A stretch of 63,750 bases of DNA from a virus. Positions 27,334-35,664 of the stretch are shown here, piece by piece; the first letter of the stretch is position 1, and each line of letters begins with the position of its first letter. Below the pieces are notes generated by a model. It did not search any database, was not told the DNA's origin, and saw nothing but the letters and a program-made list of their open reading frames with translations. Both the position numbers and the translations under genes were made by a program. The stretch is taken from the IMG/VR virus record IMGVR_UViG_3300045988_109082; one strand, given 5' to 3'.

Positions 27334-27600
27334 ATAGGGATAGTCGAACCCCCACGACAGTCAGGGCCTTGACCAGCCTCACCGACCATCTCGCGGATGA
27401 TGCAAGATTTGCACTTGCGAACCTTTTACGGTTTACGGCCTAGCAAGCCGCCGCATTCGTCTACTCTGCCAATCATCCACGGCCACGCCCCCGGTCCAAG
27501 AAAACAACACCAATACAAAACGGAATCCCAGAGAACTCGACCTTACAAATCCTCGTAAAACTGTTTTGACGGTTCGGTTTTCAAAAAAGGCGTGGCCTAG

Positions 27601-27674
27601 TCGTGAGAGAGGGAATCGAACCCACAACACACCGGGTTTGAGCCGGCGTCCTCTACCAATTGGGATATCTCACG
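27601..27674 (-). tRNA. tRNA with anticodon CAA on a class-I (short variable loop) body
   Basis: 74 nt. Acceptor CGTGAGA/TCTCACG, A73. Anticodon arm GCCGG-CTCAAAC-CCGGT. 5-nt variable region. T-arm GTGGG-TTCGATT-CCCTC with one mismatch. Confidence 0.6.
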
Positions 27675-27899
27675 CAAATATGAGAAAACCCCGCGGCTGC
27701 GGGGCCTCGTCTTGTCAGGAACCTGAGCTTCGCTCCATTCCCCAACAATCCGTCTACACGACATTTTACTCACAACAAGCGTTGCGGCAAGCGTTGCAGT
27801 GAAGAAAATGTGAAAGAACAGCACTCACCACAGAAGCGAACGGTTTTTCCATAATAGCCCCAGATCGCATCCAGCGTCAGAGCTAGAGTCGCAGCGGCC

Positions 27900-28240
27900 C
27901 CGCGTCTTGCCCGTGGGTACCCTTCCCTTGGGGGTGGGGTGTATGTGTCGGCGTGTCGTAGTGTGGCGCGTGGTATGCGCGCGGTCGTATGCGGTTGTGA
28001 GTATGGCCGTGTCTGTGACGCGGCTATCCGCGTTGTCTGGGTGTGAGTGTGGCGTGGTCGTGGCCGTCTGTGCCGTTGCCTGTCTATCCGTCCGTGTGAG
28101 TCCGTCACGTGGTGGTTTGCCTCTATGTCATGCTTGTGTGTGGGCGGAGAATGACAGTCGTGCGGTGTGGTTTGTCAAACTTGGTGTGTCGTGACTCATG
28201 CTTGCGTTGTTGAGTGTGGTTGGCTCAGGTTTTGTTTTTG
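27900..28240. other. Non-coding GT-rich, A-poor tract (C/A-rich on the late-transcribed strand); candidate cos / late-leader region
   Basis: By my count about 15 A in the 240 nt from 27901 to 28140. Recurrent GTGTGAGT and CTATCCG motifs. No credible ORF. Confidence 0.5.
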
Positions 28241-28385
28241 ATATTTCTTATTGAGAATATTCTCGTTAAGCCTTTATTTGGTATATAAGGTATATACCCG
28301 CGATTTTACGTCGTGAATCGTAAGTTTCGACACGCCGAGGGATGCTAGTGTTTCCAATGGTTTTAAACTTTCCGGATTATCCGGC

Positions 28386-28415
28386 TTGACATTCCCAATT
28401 GGGAATACCTATGAT
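28386..28415 (+). promoter_or_regulatory. Sigma70-like promoter with an embedded palindromic operator
   Basis: TTGACA (28386-91), 18-nt spacer, TATGAT (28410-15). The spacer contains the perfect palindrome TTCCCAATTGGGAA (28392-28405). Confidence 0.65.
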
Positions 28416-28462
28416 GGAGCCAACAAAACAAACGAACACTAAACAGAAACGAGGTAAACGAG

Positions 28463-28702
28463 ATGAAGAAGCTAATCACGGTAGGCAAATGGACACTAAG
28501 CCAGACAGAAGATGGTCGCAAGGTGATTACGCACCAAGGCGTCTCGGCGGCCTTTATGGTCAGGCTCAACGGGACTGATTTAACAATCATCCCCCGAAAC
28601 GTCAAGGCCATTGCCGGTGAATGCATAAGCGAATATCTCAGTGAGACTCAGGAAGTTGCGAACTTTGCACACGCGGTACGCGGATACTTCGCGGCTAGCT
28701 GA
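28463..28702 (+). CDS. Hypothetical protein, first gene of the accessory island
   Basis: 79 aa behind ACGAGG. No recognisable motif. Confidence 0.65.
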   Translation: MKKLITVGKWTLSQTEDGRKVITHQGVSAAFMVRLNGTDLTIIPRNVKAIAGECISEYLSETQEVANFAHAVRGYFAAS

Positions 28703-28709
28703 GAACACA

Positions 28710-28754
28710 GCGCGGCCATAGTGGCTGAGCTGGGGTGCAAGTCCCCAGTCGCGC
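28710..28754 (+). other. Compact three-way-junction fold directly after the stop codon
   Basis: GCGCG [GCCA-tag-TGGC] tgag [CTGGGG-tgcaagt-CCCCAG] t CGCGC. Confidence 0.35.
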
Positions 28755-28909
28755 ACTTAGTTCCCACTGCCTAAACCTCATTGTGAGCAGAGGGTAATCA
28801 GGCGAACGTGATGATTGATAATTGAATAGTGTTGCCGAATGCCGGTTGCAGTCTGCATAGTGAGAGTGTGTCAAACAAGACTGCGTAAATGGGTTGCGCC
28901 TACCGACGT

Positions 28910-28925
28910 TTAGCCATGTGGCTAA
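28910..28925. promoter_or_regulatory. Perfect inverted repeat TTAGCCA-tg-TGGCTAA (operator-like)
   Basis: Read directly. Lies ~135 nt upstream of the XRE gene at 29062. A related GCCA-tag-TGGC occurs at 28715-28725. Confidence 0.45.
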
Positions 28926-29061
28926 TGAGGATAAGAGAAGCAAGGTGAAGGCCTTGCGAGTAGTGCGCGGACCCCTGAAAGAATGGGGAGCGATGGCATC
29001 AGAAACCGCGTCTGCGATAGGTATAATTGGGCCCACTGGACTAGAGATAGCGAGGTGGGCA

Positions 29062-29301
29062 ATGGTTGACAATTGTATTAGGGAGTACCGAGTCAAGCGT
29101 GGCTGGACTCAGCAACAGTTAGCCGACAAAGTAGACGGAGTTAATCAACCGCGTATTGCCGCGTGGGAAACAGGTATTAGAGATTTTGGTGATACCTCTC
29201 TCAACGTCGCAATCAAGGTGGCTAACGCGCTCCGCCTATCTAACCCACGTCGCTTACTGGAGGCTCCAAGCGAGTCGAAAGAAAACACTAGCGAAAGCTA
29301 G
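29062..29301 (+). CDS. XRE-family helix-turn-helix regulator
   Basis: 79 aa behind GAGGTGGG. RGWTQQQLADKVDGVNQPRIAAWETG is a typical HTH_XRE core. Longer starts upstream (28993, 28894) are possible. Confidence 0.75.
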   Translation: MVDNCIREYRVKRGWTQQQLADKVDGVNQPRIAAWETGIRDFGDTSLNVAIKVANALRLSNPRRLLEAPSESKENTSES

Positions 29302-29451
29302 GTGTGTGCCCTAATCAATTCTTCGCCTGACTGTGGGCCTTGTACACAGTCGGCCTAGCTCACTGGGTTTATCCCATAGTCTAGGCACTCATAGCGTGTC
29401 CCAAGGTGGACGGGATACGCTGGAACCTGTTATACCGAAAGGTGGTGAGCC

Positions 29452-29718
29452 GTGCCGGTTGGCGATATCGTCGTTGACCCGCGTATCCAGACTCGACATC
29501 CCGACGTGTCCGCTGATTCGGTGCGCGTGGCATGGTCGAACGTCGTGCGGTTTATGGCGCGTGAGGATACCGACCCGTTGCGTTATGTGGCGGTTGGATA
29601 CGACGAGTACGGGCGTTTGCTGGAAATGGTGGCGGTACTAGATGAGTCGGATCGTTGGCATGTGTTCCATGCCATGCGTGCGACGCCGAAGGTGCTGCGG
29701 GAACTGAAACTTTTGTAA
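29452..29718 (+). CDS. Small toxin-like protein (BrnT-like pattern, weak)
   Basis: 88 aa, GTG start. GYDEYGRLLEMVAVLDESDRWHVFHAMRATPKVLREL resembles the C-terminal pattern of BrnT/DUF497-type toxins. Followed by an RHH gene. Confidence 0.4.
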   Translation: MPVGDIVVDPRIQTRHPDVSADSVRVAWSNVVRFMAREDTDPLRYVAVGYDEYGRLLEMVAVLDESDRWHVFHAMRATPKVLRELKLL

Positions 29719-29731
29719 AGGAGGAAGTGTC

Positions 29732-30001
29732 ATGTCTTTTGTTGCGAAGGGTGGCCGTGTGGTCACTGATGACATGTTGGACAAGTGGGCCGACGATGCG
29801 GATAACGGCGAGTTCGGCGGAAGGCCGGGTGCGGTGTATTCCGGGCCTGTCGTTCCTGTCGCTCAGGCGGATGCTGTCAGTCGGACGTTTTCGTTAAGCG
29901 CTGACATGTCGGCCATGTTGGATGCCGTCGCTAAACGTCGTGGCGTGTCCGCTGATGACATCATGCGGCACGCGCTGGTGCGTGAGTTCGCGTCAGTGTG
30001 A
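29732..30001 (+). CDS. Ribbon-helix-helix (CopG-like) antitoxin-like protein
   Basis: 89 aa. C-terminal RTFSLSADMSAMLDAVAKRRGVSADDIMRHALVREF fits an RHH fold. Confidence 0.55.
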   Translation: MSFVAKGGRVVTDDMLDKWADDADNGEFGGRPGAVYSGPVVPVAQADAVSRTFSLSADMSAMLDAVAKRRGVSADDIMRHALVREFASV

Positions 30002-30007
30002 GCTGTT

Positions 30008-30040
30008 CGGCGTGCTGGTTTTCCGACACGCCGATTTGTT
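30008..30040 (+). terminator. Intrinsic terminator
   Basis: CGGCGTG-12 nt-CACGCCG followed by ATTTGTTT. Confidence 0.55.
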
Positions 30041-30047
30041 TAAACCA

Positions 30048-30068
30048 AAATGATACGTTATGCTATCA
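30048..30068. promoter_or_regulatory. Operator-like 21-mer, copy 1 (AAATGATACGTTATGCTATCA)
   Basis: Contains TGATA-N8-TATCA inverted arms. 18 of 21 positions match copy 2. Confidence 0.5.
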
Positions 30069-30133
30069 ATTATCAAGCCCAATCGGGCAAGACAAAAGCA
30101 AGTTTGAGAACTTAACAGTGTTTCCCTACATGC

Positions 30134-30154
30134 AAATGATACATTTTGCTGTCA
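30134..30154. promoter_or_regulatory. Operator-like 21-mer, copy 2 (AAATGATACATTTTGCTGTCA)
   Basis: Direct repeat of 30048..30068, 40 nt upstream of the XRE gene at 30194. Confidence 0.5.
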
Positions 30155-30193
30155 TAATTGGTTTACCTACTACTAGAGAAAGCGGGTAAGCCT

Positions 30194-30382
30194 ATGGGAC
30201 TTAAGGAACTGCGCAAACAAGCCGACTTAACACAAGTTGAGCTAGCCAAGCGCACTGGAATAGCGCGAACAATCATCAGCAGTTATGAGACCGGGCGGCG
30301 AGACGTTCGGAACATGACTCTTGAAAACGCTTTGAAGATATCCAGTGCACTCAACTGCCAACCGAGCGACCTGATGCGTTAA
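30194..30382 (+). CDS. XRE-family helix-turn-helix regulator
   Basis: 62 aa. LTQVELAKRTGIARTIISSYETGRR is an HTH_XRE core. Confidence 0.75.
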   Translation: MGLKELRKQADLTQVELAKRTGIARTIISSYETGRRDVRNMTLENALKISSALNCQPSDLMR

Positions 30383-30502
30383 AAGAATGCGGCTAAGTAG
30401 CGCCAACTACCTAGCCGCGTGCCTTAAGTTGAAAGTTCTCTAACCAATCAATCAAATCGAGGCTGTGCTATCTTAGCACGCCTCACATGGAAGTGAGGAA
30501 CC

Positions 30503-30715
30503 ATGCGTAAAATTCTGGCGGCTTCAGCCGCGTTAATCACACTTTTCACCCTGTCCGCTTGCGGTAGTGATACCGCGAACATCCCGCAATGTGAGAACGA
30601 AGACGGCTCGGGTCAAGCTGGACTCTGCTACTGGGATAGTGCTCGAATGGGCAACGGACGCGGTACCGGACTGTACATCTACCAAGACGGCATTCTAATC
30701 GACGAACGCTACTAA
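30503..30715 (+). CDS. Lipoprotein
   Basis: 70 aa. Signal peptide ending in the lipobox LSAC. Confidence 0.75.
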   Translation: MRKILAASAALITLFTLSACGSDTANIPQCENEDGSGQAGLCYWDSARMGNGRGTGLYIYQDGILIDERY

Positions 30716-30783
30716 GTCTTTCAATCAGATTCATTCAGTCGCGCGGCTGTCTCCGCGCTTCATCAATTCAAGGGAGATTCACA

Positions 30784-31215
30784 ATGTGTGTGGAACTTGT
30801 TTTTAGGATTAACGTTGACTGGCATAGGTCACGCATGTGGGGGAGTAACCCGCGTGCCGAAGTCTGGGCCAACCTCGCCGGCATTCGTGGCGACTACACT
30901 AACGGTACCGTGTCAGGCTGTGGATACGACAAGGAGAGTGCGGCAGTTGATTTAGCGTTGAAAGATAACCCGCTTATGCAGACACTCATGATGTGGCCGA
31001 AACTGAACGTGAACACCGGTTATAGTGGTCAGGTCACGCGCGTGGTCAACAAACTTGATTACGGGTATGAGCTGTGCTTTGGCGGCATGGGCATGAGTGA
31101 GTTCCTGGACTTCATGCGCGGCAATGGGTTCGCCGTTGAGGAGATGCACGGCGATATGTTCGACGGGTACACGTTCCGGCGTGACATGCCCGAATCTTTC
31201 GTTAAGACAGTTTGA
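30784..31215 (+). CDS. Hypothetical protein
   Basis: 143 aa behind AAGGGAGA. No motif recognised. Confidence 0.65.
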   Translation: MCVELVFRINVDWHRSRMWGSNPRAEVWANLAGIRGDYTNGTVSGCGYDKESAAVDLALKDNPLMQTLMMWPKLNVNTGYSGQVTRVVNKLDYGYELCFGGMGMSEFLDFMRGNGFAVEEMHGDMFDGYTFRRDMPESFVKTV

Positions 31216-31314
31216 CTGCGATAGCGCGGCGCATTAATCCGCGCTTCCCGCCCATTCGGGCAATTTCAATCAATCAAACCTATAGATCCTATATCACACT
31301 AATGGAGGTGTGCC

Positions 31315-31608
31315 ATGCCTGAAGAAATACTGAATCCAAGCGACTTCCACGTTGGCTGGTCGGCCCAATCGTTGGCCGGCGACATCTACGTTATCGTCAA
31401 AGCCACTGACAAGACGGTGACGTTCGATAAATACGATACCGTCTGGCTTACCGTTCGGCGTGTCCGGCGTAAGCGTTTCGAGTGGATTGAAGGAGGCTAC
31501 TTCAAGGACGGTGCATTCACGTTCTGGCCGAGTAATTTTTTCCCGCCTGAGAACGTCTGCAGCCGCAACGATTTCATCCAATCGCATGAGTTTAAGGCGG
31601 TGGCATGA
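31315..31608 (+). CDS. Hypothetical protein
   Basis: 97 aa behind GGAGGTG. Confidence 0.65.
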   Translation: MPEEILNPSDFHVGWSAQSLAGDIYVIVKATDKTVTFDKYDTVWLTVRRVRRKRFEWIEGGYFKDGAFTFWPSNFFPPENVCSRNDFIQSHEFKAVA

Positions 31609-31949
31609 TGGCACGCTACTTCTACGCTTTCCGCTGGACTTACGGTGTCGGCACGACATGGGATGACGGGTCATGGCCTGGGAATCTCAGGGTGTTTGAT
31701 TCGAGGGCTGAGCGTGACGCTTGGGTTGCCGACGACGTTTTTGATGGCAACTGGCATCGTGAGGCCATTACGGCAAAGGAGGCGCGTCATATCATGGCGG
31801 ACACGGTTATCGGTTTCGACAATGAGATGATCGCACGGTTCGACGGTAGCCGGTCGGCTGTCGAACGGTACGCGCCTACCGCCGAATTGGTCAGGGCATG
31901 GCGGCGTATCGACATGCAACTTAACCCAGTTGCGTATATGGGTGAGTGA
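31605..31949 (+). CDS. Hypothetical protein
   Basis: 114 aa. ATGA overlap with the upstream stop. Confidence 0.65.
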   Translation: MMARYFYAFRWTYGVGTTWDDGSWPGNLRVFDSRAERDAWVADDVFDGNWHREAITAKEARHIMADTVIGFDNEMIARFDGSRSAVERYAPTAELVRAWRRIDMQLNPVAYMGE

Positions 31950-31955
31950 TCGACC

Positions 31956-32084
31956 ATGATTGACCATTACCGTTGCAAGTCGTTTCCCGTGGCTGTTGCC
32001 ACTCAATCGCATTATGAGGCCAAAGGTTATCCCGTGGAGCTAGTCCCGTGGGGTAGGGGCTACATGGTGCGAGTCCATCGTTAA
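31956..32084 (+). CDS. Hypothetical micro-protein (42 aa)
   Basis: Hand-translated MIDHYRCKSFPVAVATQSHYEAKGYPVELVPWGRGYMVRVHR. Below the ORF-track cutoff. Followed by a terminator. Confidence 0.35.
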   Translation: MIDHYRCKSFPVAVATQSHYEAKGYPVELVPWGRGYMVRVHR

Positions 32085-32095
32085 TAAATCGTTGT

Positions 32096-32129
32096 GGGGC
32101 ATGGCGTTGTGGCCGTGCCCCTCTTGTTT
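32096..32129 (+). terminator. Intrinsic terminator inside the island
   Basis: GGGGCATGGC-6 nt-GCCGTGCCCC followed by TCTTGTTT. Confidence 0.6.
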
Positions 32130-32143
32130 AAGGGAGATTCAAA

Positions 32144-32491
32144 ATGTCCATTACCGTTAAAGATGTTGCCGACATGGTGGAACGTGTTGACGAAAAACTA
32201 TCGCCATTGACGCGCTATGACGGTTTCCAACCCTATGAGGGCATCTATCGCCTTGGCGACTGGGGATATGTGACGGAAACCGAATATAACAAGGCTTTCG
32301 AGCATGAAGATGGTTGGGCGCAAGACGCTTACATTTTGGACGGTAACGGTGTGAGCCATACCCGCATTAGTCAGCTAATTAACGAAGACGATACCGGTAA
32401 GGCAATTTCCGATTACATCAATGAGCGTTTCAACAATGACCAAATGGACGACGTTTTCTACACCGAAGCCACCGAAGAGGGTGAATGCTGA
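32144..32491 (+). CDS. Highly acidic protein (DNA-mimic / anti-restriction candidate)
   Basis: 115 aa behind AAGGGAGA. By my count 27 D/E against 9 K/R. Confidence 0.65.
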   Translation: MSITVKDVADMVERVDEKLSPLTRYDGFQPYEGIYRLGDWGYVTETEYNKAFEHEDGWAQDAYILDGNGVSHTRISQLINEDDTGKAISDYINERFNNDQMDDVFYTEATEEGEC

Positions 32492-32562
32492 GAGTCTTCT
32501 AGCCGCCTACTCATTCCAGAAAATCAATCAAAATCGAATCTTTACAAGTGAGGTAAACCAAA

Positions 32563-33309
32563 ATGAAGAAGCTGACCAATGACCCGTCGCGTAACGTGAA
32601 TGCCGTGAGCGGCATGTGGGTGCGGTTGCGCAAGGATGGCTCGAAATATGATGTTCGGTATGTGAACGCTCGGGTTAGACGAGTCTGGTCACTTTCCCAG
32701 ACTTCGCAGGGCACGGCGTGGAATGTTCAGGCCAAGGGAGTCCAGTATGAGGACTTTTTGAATGGCATGAGGTCAAGCTCCGTTGACCTTGAGCATGGTT
32801 GGATGCTCATACCCGATTCCGAGCGTATGAAGACAGTGCCGGTGCCGGTACCTACCGGAATGGACGCTAAAACGGTTGGCGGCATTGTCGCGCACCCATC
32901 GATCGATGCAAACTGGAAGTGTGAGGAGGAACGCTTCACGAGCAATGTTCAGTGGCCGGTGCCTATGCCCGAGGACGCGATATTGGAAGACGAGTTCATG
33001 GATGATGAACCCGCGCCGGATACACAGGAGATTCCCGAAGTGCCACCGAAGGTGAACAGTTTCGCCGTCTCCTATTGTACGATGCCTGACCTGATGATGG
33101 CTAAGGAATGCCCCGAATTGCAAGGTTTGGGCCCTATCCGTCACTTCCGTACCAGCAAGGGCCGCAAGGTGGCCTACGTTGCTTCGGCCAATGGCAGGTG
33201 CGTTGTCGCCTACCGTGCCCGTTATGAGCGTGGCAGTGACAGGCAGTTGGAAAAGGCGGTGGCCGATTACGTGGCTACCGTCCGCGACAAGTGGGTTAAG
33301 GCGGCGTGA
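32563..33309 (+). CDS. Hypothetical protein
   Basis: 248 aa behind GAGGTAAA. Confidence 0.65.
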   Translation: MKKLTNDPSRNVNAVSGMWVRLRKDGSKYDVRYVNARVRRVWSLSQTSQGTAWNVQAKGVQYEDFLNGMRSSSVDLEHGWMLIPDSERMKTVPVPVPTGMDAKTVGGIVAHPSIDANWKCEEERFTSNVQWPVPMPEDAILEDEFMDDEPAPDTQEIPEVPPKVNSFAVSYCTMPDLMMAKECPELQGLGPIRHFRTSKGRKVAYVASANGRCVVAYRARYERGSDRQLEKAVADYVATVRDKWVKAA

Positions 33310-33310
33310 C

Positions 33311-33640
33311 ATGAGCGAGATTCGGGAGAAAGCCGTACGCCTGTTGTTGCAGGCGGCTTACGAGATGGCCGCCGATAACGCGGATAGCGTGGCGGATATC
33401 TTCGACTGCCAGCATGGTTTTATCGATGATTTACGCCGTCGTGCCATGCTGAAGCTGGACAAGCCATACACCGCGCCGGACTTCGATACTGCGGAACAGC
33501 AGATAGCCGAAACCGGTTTGTCGTTGGACATGCTCGACAAGAGGGCGCGTGAGGCGTTCTCACAGAAGTATTCCACCACGTATGACCGGTATGAGTGCGC
33601 TATCGGCTGGTGCATCGACGACATGCTGGGGTGGGAATGA
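33311..33640 (+). CDS. Hypothetical protein
   Basis: 109 aa from MSEIREK, starting 2 nt after the upstream stop. Confidence 0.6.
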   Translation: MSEIREKAVRLLLQAAYEMAADNADSVADIFDCQHGFIDDLRRRAMLKLDKPYTAPDFDTAEQQIAETGLSLDMLDKRAREAFSQKYSTTYDRYECAIGWCIDDMLGWE

Positions 33641-33822
33641 TGGAAGTCAAGATACCCACTAGCAAGATTCGTGAGGTTCTGGAGTCCTCTGGCTATGCGT
33701 ATACGCCGGATAATATCGCGGCGGTACGCGCAAACATTCCACTCCACACGTCTGACCTGATTTTGGCGGCGTTGAACGCCACCGATTTACCCGACAAGCG
33801 GTTTGCTTTGCCGCTGTTCTAA
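33637..33822 (+). CDS. Hypothetical protein
   Basis: 61 aa. ATGA overlap. Confidence 0.55.
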   Translation: MMEVKIPTSKIREVLESSGYAYTPDNIAAVRANIPLHTSDLILAALNATDLPDKRFALPLF

Positions 33823-33889
33823 GTTCTTGCCGCCTGGCGTTTTCCTCACTTCCGCTGGACGGCAACCCATTTTTTCAAGGAGACCAAAC

Positions 33890-34192
33890 ATGTTGAAAAA
33901 ACTTGAACTCGCCCAACTACTGCAACAGCGTATCGCACCTGACGATGATATCTCGTACATGACGAATAATCTCGGCATGGCCGTTGATGTAGCCCATCGC
34001 GGCGGGACTTTGCTGGACATGGATACGATGGTGGAATTGGCGCGTGTTCTACGATTCCAGGTCAGTTATGAACTGTACTCGTATCTAAATGGCCGTTACG
34101 AGTCGGATCTGATGGGGCTGTGCGAGGACTATAAGGAGGCTCGCAAAATATTAGGCCCTATGATAATGGACTATTTGAACGGCGTGAAATAG
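33890..34192 (+). CDS. Hypothetical protein
   Basis: 100 aa behind AAGGAG. Confidence 0.65.
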   Translation: MLKKLELAQLLQQRIAPDDDISYMTNNLGMAVDVAHRGGTLLDMDTMVELARVLRFQVSYELYSYLNGRYESDLMGLCEDYKEARKILGPMIMDYLNGVK

Positions 34193-34221
34193 TTCGCTTA
34201 ACCATAGTTTCTATCATTTAG

Positions 34222-34254
34222 AACCGCACTATGGGCTTTCTATGGTGCGGTTTT
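34222..34254 (+). terminator. Intrinsic terminator inside the island
   Basis: AACCGCAC-15 nt-GTGCGGTT followed by TTC. Confidence 0.5.
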
Positions 34255-34341
34255 CACATAAATCATCATTTAGGCGGGGCTTTAGAGCGTTCTATTGTTC
34301 CGTCAATCGTTTTACCGAACAATACAAAGGAAGGTTTTGTC

Positions 34342-34887
34342 ATGGAAGACAAGTTGGAGAATTTGCAGGCGTTGATTGAGGGCTCGGGGCTAGGGGATGT
34401 ACGCCAAAAGGTGCGGGGCATGTCCGAGGCGCGGGTCCTGTGGGTATTGGATGGATATAAGATTGATGGGTTGCCGTCCGGCCGTGAGTTTTTCATCGAA
34501 TGGGATTCGCTGGAGCACGTACAAAACCAGTTGAGGGAGCTTGCGGACGGCGGCTATGACGCCGACGATGACGTGGCCCAGATGATGAATGACCTTGTGC
34601 CTGTCGATACGGCGTACAGTCGTATGCGCAAGGTCCGCGCCAGCTTGAAGTTTTTCGCCGCGATGGCGGAAGGCGACGGTATGGAGACCTACCGTATCTC
34701 CCAGCATGTCACGACAATCGAATACCGGCAGGTCAAGGCTCCCAAGGGATTGACCTTCGCTGAACTGTGCGATTGGGTGGAGGAGAACGGTGACGGCGAT
34801 CTATACGACGTTGACGATATCGGCAGTGACGTGTTCGCCGCCAGTCGCCAGGATGGTACGGAACTTAGTTCCAAGGAGTCGAAATGA
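34342..34887 (+). CDS. Hypothetical acidic protein
   Basis: 181 aa behind AAAGGAAGG. Confidence 0.65.
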   Translation: MEDKLENLQALIEGSGLGDVRQKVRGMSEARVLWVLDGYKIDGLPSGREFFIEWDSLEHVQNQLRELADGGYDADDDVAQMMNDLVPVDTAYSRMRKVRASLKFFAAMAEGDGMETYRISQHVTTIEYRQVKAPKGLTFAELCDWVEENGDGDLYDVDDIGSDVFAASRQDGTELSSKESK

Positions 34888-35111
34888 TTACCGCGATCTA
34901 CCGTTTCGAGCGTTTCGACCCCGCCACCAACACCGAGTTGTGGCGGCGTATACCACGCTGGAAGCTGCGTCTCATGTGGCTTCAAGCGTGGCTTAAACGC
35001 GATAAGGCGGCTCGAATCGGCTACCGGGCGTGGTTGTACGCGCGTGTTTCAGGTGGCGGCGAATGGCTGACCGGCGACATGCTGGACTGGAATCAGGAGG
35101 TGTCCAAGTGA
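34884..35111 (+). CDS. Hypothetical protein
   Basis: 75 aa. ATGA overlap. Confidence 0.6.
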   Translation: MITAIYRFERFDPATNTELWRRIPRWKLRLMWLQAWLKRDKAARIGYRAWLYARVSGGGEWLTGDMLDWNQEVSK

Positions 35112-35254
35112 ACGTCGAACGTATGGAGAAAGCCTTGCACGAGGTGTGGAAATACTATGACGAAGCAGGGGAGACTGGGCAAAACTATGTGCTTGACCCG
35201 GATAATCTCACCAAGTTCGCCGCCGATCTGTGCAAGGAATACGAGAAATCTTGA
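35108..35254 (+). CDS. Hypothetical protein
   Basis: 48 aa from a GTG start (GTGA overlap). An ATG at 35123 is an alternative. Confidence 0.45.
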   Translation: MNVERMEKALHEVWKYYDEAGETGQNYVLDPDNLTKFAADLCKEYEKS

Positions 35255-35362
35255 TACACTGAAGGCCACGGGACTATCTTGTGGCCTTCTGGGAATTAGC
35301 GAACCAAGTACAAGAGGCATGATGTTTCGTCATGCCCGAATATTCTTTCAGGAGGAACTATC

Positions 35363-35611
35363 ATGTCCATCAAAACCACCATCGTCCACATGCCCAGCGG
35401 AAAATGGCGTTTGGAAACCCGTCAAGGCGCATGGCCGATAAACCGCAATTGGAATGGGTTCAACACGTGGCCGGAATACGATCACAAGCCTACGAAAGAG
35501 GAAGTGGATGTGTTCGCACGTGAACTGTTCAAGGCCATGTTCGGTGTGGAGCCGATATTCATTGGTATGGAAGATGACGAATACGAATACGATTCACGTG
35601 CCGGTCTTTGA
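35363..35611 (+). CDS. Hypothetical protein
   Basis: 82 aa behind AGGAGGAA. Confidence 0.65.
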   Translation: MSIKTTIVHMPSGKWRLETRQGAWPINRNWNGFNTWPEYDHKPTKEEVDVFARELFKAMFGVEPIFIGMEDDEYEYDSRAGL

Positions 35612-35664
35612 CGGATAAGTGGAAAACGTGGGCCCGATTATACGAAAACATGCTTTTCATTCAC

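Noticed and set aside
27334-27420. T-arm-like motif (GGGGGTTCGACTATCCC on the minus strand) next to tRNA-Trp, possibly a fifth tRNA.
   Set aside because: I could not build an acceptor stem, D-arm or anticodon arm around it. The T-stem has a G-A mismatch at the loop-closing pair. It is probably a decayed fragment or chance.
27770-28194. ORFs of 112 aa (minus) and 95 aa (plus) in the GT-rich tract.
   Set aside because: Their composition-driven, repetitive translations (RHRRPRPRHTHTQT... and VVVWRVVCARSYAVV...) and the lack of an RBS argue for non-coding DNA.
28278-28296. GGTATATA-agg-TATATACC inverted repeat, and the shared TATATAAGGT 10-mer with 61726-61740.
   Set aside because: Both lie in AT-rich promoter-like DNA where TATA-type palindromes arise easily. 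A single shared 10-mer is weak evidence for a common regulator.
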